From: Trichormus sp. M33_DOE_039 | GTDB taxonomy: Bacteria > Cyanobacteriota > Cyanobacteriia > Cyanobacteriales > Nostocaceae | NCBI GenBank assembly: GCA_015296085.1 | Contig: DVDT01000030.1 | Location: 1-21,530, forward strand | Length of the DNA stretch: 21,530 nt | Direction: 5' to 3' | In this document: piece after piece, positions 15,701 to 21,530 of the stretch | Layout of the letters: every line of letters starts with the position of its first letter | How positions within the stretch are numbered: position 1 is the first letter of the stretch | Notes under the pieces: generated by a model | Databases searched by the model: none | Seen by the model: only the letters and a program-made list of their open reading frames with translations | Told to the model about the DNA's origin: nothing | Translations under genes and position numbers: made by a program

Positions 15701-15918
15701 ACACCGTTAATTTGCCGTTCTAAAATGTTTGTCACACCGCTTTCCACTACTTCTGCACTCGCGCCGGTGTAGTTAGCAGCAACGTTGATTTGTGTGGGAC
15801 TAATATCTGGGAAACGGGCAATAGGAAGTGTGGGAATACTGATTAGTCCCACTAGCAGAATAATTATCGCGCAGACTGTAGAAAAGACCGGCCGCTTAAT
15901 GAAGAAATCAACAAACAT
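12724..15918 (-). CDS. RND efflux transporter permease, HAE1 (AcrB/AcrD/AcrF) family
   Basis: 1064 aa. The N-terminus MFVDFFIKRPVFSTVCAIIILLVGLISIPTLPIARFPDISP is canonical for AcrB-type pumps. The TM4 proton-relay pair appears in GMVVDDAIVVVE. The protein has a 12-TM architecture with two large periplasmic loops. Confidence 0.95.
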   Translation of the reverse strand: MFVDFFIKRPVFSTVCAIIILLVGLISIPTLPIARFPDISPTQINVAANYTGASAEVVESGVTNILERQINGVEGVKYITSSSSNDGSSSITVTFDASRDKDIAAVDVQNRVSVAEAQLPDAVQRTGVRVSKQSNNILLAIGLYTDNQEYDNIFLSNYADLYLADALKRVKGVGDVRIFGERRYAMRLWLDPNRLASRGLTTADVTNALAEQNLQVGAGRIGQEPAPKGQEYQLDVRAASRLTDTKEFEELVIKTESDGTLVKLQDVGRAELGAENYNTFLRFRGKEAVGLGVYQVPGSNALDVAKGVKEEMARLAPSLPPGMKYQVAFDTTTFVEESLAEVVKTLIEAVILVVLVIFFFLQDWRTTLIPALTIPLALVGTFAFVKVFNFSINSLTLFGLTLASGMVVDDAIVVVEQISRFIQDKGIQPRRAASESMAELFGAVIATSLVLMAVFVPVAFFPGTTGALYRQFALTIAFSIVISTFLALTLTPSLCALLLRQGQKPTGWLGWIFDQINRFLDWVQRGYQRSLTFLTRIKSIIIGLFIVSLGMTVWLYTTVPTAFLPDEDQGYFITIIQGPQGVSLQYTSDVMSEVEQEILQLPEVVGTFAVGGFGFSGSTANSGIIFTTLKPWDERPRPDQSVQAIIGKLQGKFFAIPEARVFPVNPPGIQGLGNFGGFTFQLQDRRGNSGLENLVQTMGQLLGRANQTPGLQAVFSTFAANTPQLLVEVDRNKAKALQVSINDIFSTLQTALGSQYVNDFNLQQRNYRVYVQADQQFRANPKDIEQLYVRSQTNQMIPLGNLVKITSIVGAQTINHYNLFRSIEINGSAAPGFSSGDAINRMEQAAQAVLPAGYGYEWSGTSLEEQESGGLAPLIFGLGLVFVFLVLAAQYENYIDPIIILLSVPLAIFGALVAQSMRGFANDVYCQIGLVMLIGLASKNAILIVEFANQLREQGLSITKATIEASQERLRPILMTAFSTLIGIFPLTTATGAGAGSRQSLGTAVFGGMLIATFLSLFIVPILYIVIKTMSERFLNSNQKPVLATSTTSSDRKTVASATTSNDE

Positions 15919-15931
15919 ATTTTTAGGAAGC

Positions 15932-15966
15932 CAAAAGGCAAAAGGTCAAAGGTCAAAGGTCAAAAT
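15932..15966. repeat. Heptamer tandem repeat (AAAGGTC x3 plus degenerate flanks) filling the MFP-RND intercistronic gap
   Basis: CAAAAGGCAAAAGGTCAAAGGTCAAAGGTCAAAATC. It sits inside the 52-nt spacer between the MFP stop (15971) and the RND start (15918). Confidence 0.85.
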
Positions 15967-15970
15967 CTTT

Positions 15971-17551
15971 TTACTTTTCACTTTCAACAATAGGTGCGCC
16001 GTTGGTGAGATTGAGAATGCCGGAAACTACTAGTTTGTCGCCAGCTTTTAGTCCTTCGATGACTTGATAGTTGTTGCCTTCAATCGCTCCCAATTTCACC
16101 GATTTTTGTACAGCTACTAAAGATGCTCCTCCCGCTTGGGGTTTTTCAGGTGGTTGGGCTAGGAATACGAAGGTTTCTCCACCTAAACGCGATACGGCTG
16201 TGACGGGAATTAATACCCCTGGGCGTTCACCCCAAATCACTTTGGCTTGGACTAACTGGCGATTGAGTAGCTGTCCTGTCCCATTGCTAATGGTGGCTTT
16301 GGCTAAGACTGTTTGGGAATTGGAATTGGCGTTGGGTTCGATAAAACTAATCCTGCCTGTGGCGGTGCGTTCGCCTTGGGCATCTAGCATCTGTACGGGT
16401 AATCCCGTCCGCAGTTGTGCAGCTTGATTGAGAGGAATGGATATATTCAGTTCTAAAGCACTGTTTCGAGTCAATGTAGTGAGTTGATCACCTTTGCTGA
16501 CAAAGCTGCCAACTCTGACGGGAATATCACCGATAATCCCTGTGAAGGGTGCAAGAACGTTAGTGTAGCGCACTTGCACCTCTGCCGCTTTGACTTGGGC
16601 TGCTGCTTGGGTAACTTGCGCTCGCGCTTGGGCAATTTCCTCTGGACGCGCACCGTTCTCTAGTTGTCTGAGGTTTTGTCTTTGCTGTTCGAGGGCGGCC
16701 GCTAGTTCGTTAATATCAGAGCGACGACTTTTTTGCAGTTGTTCTAATCTGCGCTGGGCTTCCCGTAATCTAGCCCCAGCACTACGTTGTTCTTGGAGAT
16801 AACCTTCTAAGACATCTTGGGAAATTGCTCCCTCGGTTCTCAGTTGTTCATATCGCTTGGCTCTTGACTGTGCTAGGTCTAAATCAGATTTGGCTGATTC
16901 AATTTGTGCTTCTGCTTGAGCAATTTCCTCTGGACGCGCTCCGGCTTGAGCATCTGTTAACCTAGCTTGGGCTTGGGCTACTTGCGCTCTGGCTTGGGCA
17001 ATTTGTTCAGAGCGAGTACCCGCTTTGAGTTCCTCTAGACGAGCGCGGCTTTGTTCTAGGGATGCTTTAGCTTGTAATAGCTGCGCTTGAGCATCATCAC
17101 TTTGCAGGCGAATGACAACTTGTCCCTGTTGAATGCGATCGCCTTCTGTGACTAAAATCTGACTGACTCTACCTTCAATCTCTGGACTCAGCACCACTGA
17201 ACGAGGAGCTTCTAAGCTACCGACAAATACAGAGCTTTCTTGTAAATTTCCTGTCTCTACTGTCGCTACTTTCACTGGTATTCCCGTTGGTTGACCAGCT
17301 GCCGCCCCTGGCGGTTTATTCGCAGCCATGCTACTTTGCCACCACCTCCAGCCAAAACCACCGCCCAAAATTAACAACACAATGCCGACAATCAAAGGCC
17401 AACGTGGCTTATGAAAAGGGGTAGGGGAAAGTGGAGAGTCAGTAATCGGAACAGAGTTATGTTCTGGCGAAAGATTCTCTGGCGTTTGAGTCGTTGTAGA
17501 ATCTTCTCTCTCTACTGGGACAGAGGAATGAGAATGATCTTCATGAGACAT
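15971..17551 (-). CDS. RND efflux periplasmic adaptor (membrane fusion protein, HlyD/AcrA family) with an extended coiled-coil hairpin
   Basis: 526 aa. The N-terminal cytoplasmic tail is His-rich (MSHEDHSHSS), followed by a TM anchor (WPLIVGIVLLILGGGFGWRWW). The lipoyl/barrel motif is VVIRLQSDD...VRYTNVLAPFTGIIGD. A long Ala/Gln-rich coiled coil carries three copies of the motif [RP][SP]E[EQ]IAQA.AQ. Confidence 0.92.
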   Translation of the reverse strand: MSHEDHSHSSVPVEREDSTTTQTPENLSPEHNSVPITDSPLSPTPFHKPRWPLIVGIVLLILGGGFGWRWWQSSMAANKPPGAAAGQPTGIPVKVATVETGNLQESSVFVGSLEAPRSVVLSPEIEGRVSQILVTEGDRIQQGQVVIRLQSDDAQAQLLQAKASLEQSRARLEELKAGTRSEQIAQARAQVAQAQARLTDAQAGARPEEIAQAEAQIESAKSDLDLAQSRAKRYEQLRTEGAISQDVLEGYLQEQRSAGARLREAQRRLEQLQKSRRSDINELAAALEQQRQNLRQLENGARPEEIAQARAQVTQAAAQVKAAEVQVRYTNVLAPFTGIIGDIPVRVGSFVSKGDQLTTLTRNSALELNISIPLNQAAQLRTGLPVQMLDAQGERTATGRISFIEPNANSNSQTVLAKATISNGTGQLLNRQLVQAKVIWGERPGVLIPVTAVSRLGGETFVFLAQPPEKPQAGGASLVAVQKSVKLGAIEGNNYQVIEGLKAGDKLVVSGILNLTNGAPIVESEK

Positions 17552-17679
17552 ATGTGGTTACTCGTCCTTAAATCTTAGCTAGGGAAAGTACTGGGATATT
17601 TTTTATAGTGTGAGTATCAAAAAACGTTGCTATTGATGGACTGTGGTTAATTAAATTTTTACTTTTGATGAAGCAGTGC

Positions 17680-18016
17680 GGTGAGGCATTCTGTTGGGGA
17701 GACACTGCGTTGGGCGGGCAATGCCCGACTTGTAGCAAGTGTCGTCGGCTTTGCCGACTTGAAGGAACTGCCGTTAGTGCAGCGTTAGCGATGTTAGGAG
17801 TATCACTCCTTTTATGTCTCGAATCCCTTGAGTGACTGCTGTGGGTGCAGCATTAGCGACACAGGAGCGTCACCCTAAGAGATTTTAAATTTGAAATGGG
17901 GATTGAATCTAAAATTCGTCTTGAAAAATTCTAATCACCGAAGATGGGGCTTTGCCCATTGGAGGAAACCTCCGCACCCTGTGGGTACTCCTACGGAGAA
18001 CTCGCAGAGTAGCAAG
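17680..18016. repeat. Cluster of hairpin and direct repeats in the tetR-MFP intergenic region
   Basis: There is a hairpin at 17701-17743 (GACACT...AGTGTC with inner CGGGC-AAT-GCCCG), GTCGGC-TTT-GCCGAC at 17742-17756, direct repeats of ~41 bp at 17766-17806 and 17833-17873 (GTGCAGCRTTAGCGA...AGGAG..TCAC), and GGAGG-AAA-CCTCC at 17961-17973. Parts resemble the central hairpin of the element at 10949-10989. Confidence 0.7.
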
Positions 18017-18655
18017 CTACAGACTTTCCGCAAAATCTGAAATGCCTTGTTTTTCCTCTGTCTCTATGCCACTGACCAACATTTCTACACAGGTTTCGAT
18101 GTAACAAGCACGACTATAACCAAGTGTACTAGGCGTATCACCACGACGTAGCATTCCGTATAGCAACATACCAGTAAAACTATCTACTACTGCTCTCAAA
18201 TCTACATTTGTACGCACCTTGCCCTTGTTCTGCGCTTTTGTGAGATACGACACTAGTTGTTCTCGCAAAATCTGGTCTTTTTTGTATAATATTTGGCATG
18301 CAACTTCTGGATGTCGCTTGGCTTCTCCAATAAATGTCCGAATCAGGGCTTCGTTTTCTTCCATCATCTGATTACACAATCGAGCATAGTGTCTGAGGCC
18401 AATATGTAAATCTTGAGTCCATTCATCTTGATGTGCCAAAATTTCTGCCGGCAAGGATAAAGCTTGCTGAATGACAGCTGCTAAAAGTTGCTCTTTAGTT
18501 TGAAAGTGGCGAAACAGAGTGACTTCATTCACTCCAGCTACCCGCGCAATTTCTTTGGTTGTAGCTCCTGTTAATCCTGCATCAGCAAACACTTCAGTTG
18601 CAGCTTTGATTAACCGTGACCGAGTGTGCGCTGTTCTTGGCACCAAGTGATTCAT
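18017..18655 (-). CDS. TetR/AcrR-family transcriptional regulator
   Basis: 212 aa. The N-terminal HTH block is RSRLIKAATEVFADAGLTGATTKEIARVAGVNEVTLFRHFQTKEQLL, which is a textbook TetR_N domain. It lies upstream of, and on the same strand as, the MFP-RND genes. Confidence 0.93.
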   Translation of the reverse strand: MNHLVPRTAHTRSRLIKAATEVFADAGLTGATTKEIARVAGVNEVTLFRHFQTKEQLLAAVIQQALSLPAEILAHQDEWTQDLHIGLRHYARLCNQMMEENEALIRTFIGEAKRHPEVACQILYKKDQILREQLVSYLTKAQNKGKVRTNVDLRAVVDSFTGMLLYGMLRRGDTPSTLGYSRACYIETCVEMLVSGIETEEKQGISDFAESL

Positions 18656-18662
18656 GACATTT

Positions 18663-18706
18663 ATGCAAGCACTTGCTTACAAATGCAAGTAATTGCTTGC
18701 ATTATA
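18663..18706 (-). promoter_or_regulatory. Putative tetR promoter -10 box overlapped by two tandem palindromic operator-like sites
   Basis: The motif ATGCAAG-N4-TTGCTT occurs twice, 20 bp apart, at 18663-18680 and 18683-18702. The second site is an 18/20 palindrome, ATGCAAGTAATTGCTTGCAT. On the minus strand 18706-18701 reads TATAAT, 46 nt upstream of the tetR ATG. No convincing -35 was found. Confidence 0.45.
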
Positions 18707-18839
18707 TACACATAGTTGTGAAATTTGTATAAATTAAGCAAATAAACGATAAAAATAGCTAGAATATATGCTGAATTTGCTCAAAATTGAAGGCAATGCC
18801 GACCTCCAGTCGCTTCCCTACGTACCCCTCGCTGGCTCA

Positions 18840-21530
18840 CTAAAGACTGATTGCCAAAGATATTGTCTGTAAAAGTTCTGGCAGAGTGTATGGCTTAGGC
18901 AAAAATGCTTTAATGCCGACGTTAGCAAAGGTGAGTTTATCGTTGAATACTAGTCCGCTAGAGGCAATAACTTTGAGATGGGGATTGATTTTGTGTAGCG
19001 TGTGGATGATTGTCATGCCATCCATTTCTGGTATCACCATATCCACCAATGCTACACTAATTTCAGTTTTATGCTTGATGTACAAAGCGATCGCATCAAC
19101 ACCGTTATCAGCTGTTATTACCTTGTAATTATGGTTCAACAGCAAGGTTTTGGCTGTTTCTCGAATTGATGTTTCATCATCTACTACCAAAATTAACTCT
19201 CCATTGCCTTCGGGGATATTCTGAATTGTTTTTGGCTGGGATTGTTGACCTGTGATGGCTGGTAGATATACCTGAAATTGACTACCCTTCCCTACACTGC
19301 TGTCTACATTGATAAATCCACCATGACTTTTGACGATTCCTATCACCGTTGATAACCCTAGTCCTGTACCCTTACCGACTTCTTTGGTGGTAAAGAATGG
19401 CTCAAAAATTCTTTCCAATATTTCTGCGGGAATACCTATGCCAGTATCTGTTACAACCAACATAATGTAACAACCCGCCTGCGCTTGCGGATATCTGGGA
19501 GCAGATGATTGATCGATGACAATATTTGTAGCCAATATCTGCAAACAACCCCCATTAGGCATAGCATCACGGGCATTGATGCACAAGTTCATCATCACTT
19601 GATTTAATTGCGTTGCATCAGCACGGACAGTCCAAAGGTCTGGGGCTATGTTGGTGGAAAATTCTATGGATTTGGGGAATGTTTGTTCAATAATGTAATG
19701 GATTTCAGAAATGATGTGCTTAAGTTGAACAATCATCCGTTTTCCCGATACACCTCTGGAAAACGACAATACTTGTTTGATTAATGCTGCGCCCCGCTTG
19801 ACGTTACTATCGAGCATTTTGAGCAGTTGTCGAGTTTGTTGGTCAGATATTTTTTTTTCTAATAGTTCTAATGACATTGATATTGGTGACAGCACATTAT
19901 TTAAGTCATGGGCAATACCACTAGCTAATGTACCGATGCTTTCTAGTCGCTGGGTACGAAGAAATTGTTGCTCTATTTGTTTTTTCTCTGTGATGTCGGT
20001 ATTTGTTACCAAAATTGATTTCGGTTGTCCTTGGTCATCACGGACGAGAGTCCAACGACTGGCGACAATGATTTGTTTACCGTCTTTGGTAATTTGGTGC
20101 AGTTCTCCTTGCCAAGCACCTTGATTGAACAGTGCGGGCTGGATTTCTTTGACTACTAGTGAAGTTTCATCTGGTTTAAATAAAAGGTGGGTGGCATTTC
20201 TACCGATCGCTACTGAGGCTGGCCAGCCGTATAAACACTTGGCACTTTCATTCCAAAATAAGATGCGGTTTTCTAAGTCTTGCACCAAAATCGCGTCGGT
20301 GGAAATATCAATTAAGGTAGCCTGTTCGCGGATTTTTGCTTCTGCTTGTTTACGCTCTGTGATATCTTCAGCCAGACCAGCATAGCGATAGATTTCTCCA
20401 TGAGTGTTGCGAATGGGAAAACTGCGATCGCGTAGCCAGCGAATTTCCCCATCCGAACGTACAATCCGATACTCAAGATCAAAGTTATCCTCTGAGTGCA
20501 AAACTACCGTTTTCACTTTCTCTAAATCTTCTGGATGGACAATACTGAAAAATGATTGGGGATTTTCAAGTATATAGTTGGTAGAGTATCCACAAATACG
20601 AGTATAAGCTGGGCTAATGTAAAGTACCTGATACTGCTCTTTGTTTCTCACCCAGAAGATAGCATCAACATTCTCTGCTAACTGACGGAAGCGTTCTTCG
20701 CTTTCTTTGAGGGCTGCTTCTATTTGTTTGCGCTCAGTAATATCTTGTACTGTTACATTGACTCCCAAAACTTGACCATCACTTCCTTTCATGGGGTGAT
20801 AGCTACTGAGCCAATATTTTGCGATTCCTGGATTGGCGGGAGTTGTACCGTGGGTTTCGATATCTAAAACAGGTAGACCAGATTGAATAACTTGCAGATA
20901 GATGTGTTCTAGTTGATCAGCTATCTCCGGTATGACCTCCCGCACTCTGCGCCCAATATGCTCTTTCGCTGGTAAACCATTCATTTGTGCCAAGCGTTCG
21001 TTGATCCGCACATACCGCAGATTAGTATCGATAAAACACAGACCAATGGGAGTTGAATCATAGATGGCTTCAATCTCTGTTAATTGCTGCTGAATAGTTT
21101 CCTGGCTTTGCCAAAGTGCTGCTGCTGCTAATTTGCGCTCAGTTACATCTAATCCTGAGCCGACGAGTTTAATGATTTGTCCTTGGGCATTGCGAATTAC
21201 TTCTCCTCTGCCTTCAATAAACCGCATGGTTTGATCAGGCGGTATAATCCGGTAATCCAACTCTATATCAATGCCTTCAGTGATCATTCGCTCCGTGCTA
21301 TTTTGAATAGCTAGGCGATCCTCTGGATGAATCAACTGGAGCATTTCTTCAAGTGTGGGTTCTGGGTGGTTGGGGTCTAGCCCAAAGATCCGAAATAATT
21401 CTTCCGACCAAGTAATCTTGCCGCTAATTACATCAAATTCCCAACTCCCTAGACGGGCAACTCTTTGAGCAAATCTTAAACTAGCTGCGGTTTCTTTTAA
21501 AGTTACTTCTGCTTGTTTGCGTTGACTCAT
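18840..21530 (-). CDS. Hybrid sensor histidine kinase: about four PAS/PAC domains, HisKA, HATPase_c and a C-terminal receiver domain (may extend beyond the window)
   Basis: 896 aa in the window. Four repeated PAS-PAC modules are each closed by D[IV]TE[RK]K. The H-box is [13 protein letters not shown] (His541, nt 19908-19910). The N-box is [11 protein letters not shown]1 is DTGIGI and G2 is GKGTGLGLS. The receiver contains LVVDDE...[12 protein letters not shown] (Asp830) ...LPKP. An ATG sits exactly at 21528-21530, but the frame is still open at the window edge. Confidence 0.92.
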   Translation of the reverse strand: MSQRKQAEVTLKETAASLRFAQRVARLGSWEFDVISGKITWSEELFRIFGLDPNHPEPTLEEMLQLIHPEDRLAIQNSTERMITEGIDIELDYRIIPPDQTMRFIEGRGEVIRNAQGQIIKLVGSGLDVTERKLAAAALWQSQETIQQQLTEIEAIYDSTPIGLCFIDTNLRYVRINERLAQMNGLPAKEHIGRRVREVIPEIADQLEHIYLQVIQSGLPVLDIETHGTTPANPGIAKYWLSSYHPMKGSDGQVLGVNVTVQDITERKQIEAALKESEERFRQLAENVDAIFWVRNKEQYQVLYISPAYTRICGYSTNYILENPQSFFSIVHPEDLEKVKTVVLHSEDNFDLEYRIVRSDGEIRWLRDRSFPIRNTHGEIYRYAGLAEDITERKQAEAKIREQATLIDISTDAILVQDLENRILFWNESAKCLYGWPASVAIGRNATHLLFKPDETSLVVKEIQPALFNQGAWQGELHQITKDGKQIIVASRWTLVRDDQGQPKSILVTNTDITEKKQIEQQFLRTQRLESIGTLASGIAHDLNNVLSPISMSLELLEKKISDQQTRQLLKMLDSNVKRGAALIKQVLSFSRGVSGKRMIVQLKHIISEIHYIIEQTFPKSIEFSTNIAPDLWTVRADATQLNQVMMNLCINARDAMPNGGCLQILATNIVIDQSSAPRYPQAQAGCYIMLVVTDTGIGIPAEILERIFEPFFTTKEVGKGTGLGLSTVIGIVKSHGGFINVDSSVGKGSQFQVYLPAITGQQSQPKTIQNIPEGNGELILVVDDETSIRETAKTLLLNHNYKVITADNGVDAIALYIKHKTEISVALVDMVIPEMDGMTIIHTLHKINPHLKVIASSGLVFNDKLTFANVGIKAFLPKPYTLPELLQTISLAISL

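Noticed and set aside
12947-16802. Assorted short ORFs on either strand inside the RND and MFP genes and their junction (12947-13141, 13154-13348, 13952-14191, 15785-16033, 16071-16427, 16471-16653, 16590-16802)
   Set aside because: All overlap the two long, motif-rich efflux CDSs. ORF 15785-16033 merely bridges the heptamer repeat junction.
17812-17832. TCGAATCC-like string resembling a tRNA T-arm
   Set aside because: There is no GGTTCGAATCC consensus, acceptor stem, D-arm or anticodon arm around it. It lies within the repeat cluster.
18886-20385. Plus-strand ORFs 18886-19128, 19777-20124 and 20125-20385
   Set aside because: They are antisense to the hybrid histidine kinase CDS, which has complete H, N, G1, G2 and receiver motifs.

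Overview
This window is chromosomal DNA from a filamentous, probably heterocystous (Nostocales-type) cyanobacterium. I counted 16 exact copies of the HIP1 octamer GCGATCGC, where about 0.3 would be expected by chance. It also carries STRR-type heptamer repeats (CCCCAGT x3) and several families of palindromic intergenic repeats. Gene order: a possible 3' end of a repeat-protein gene (1-243, +); a two-gene cassette of a 140-aa helical protein (443-865, +) and an NB-ARC/TPR STAND NTPase (873-3236, +); a Coq4-family protein (-); a GTPase with a C-terminal membrane domain (+); a short-type argC (+); a TM-helix-repeat membrane protein (-); an SRPBCC protein (+); an Sll0418-like MPBQ/MSBQ methyltransferase (+); a roughly 1-kb repeat-rich gap containing a MITE-like nested palindrome; a SirB1/transglutaminase-like TPR protein (-); a TetR / membrane-fusion protein / RND efflux cluster (-); and a four-PAS hybrid histidine kinase (-) whose ORF is still open at the window edge. 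The best candidate system is 443-3236. The C-terminal 22 residues of the small protein (ENWRGINIKGGENTINNPTLNF) recur at the extreme N-terminus of the adjacent NLR-like ATPase (ENWQGINSKGGETVINNPIINY). The NLR has no effector domain of its own. This matches the Bell-domain / bacterial amyloid signalling sequence (BASS) / NLR architecture proposed for multicellular bacteria, a putative prion-like cell-death or immune switch that is untested at this locus. The NLR sensor is a near-identical 126-bp (42-aa) TPR array whose variation is confined to a few positions. All functional calls rest on motifs read by eye. No database search, HMM scan or structure prediction was possible.
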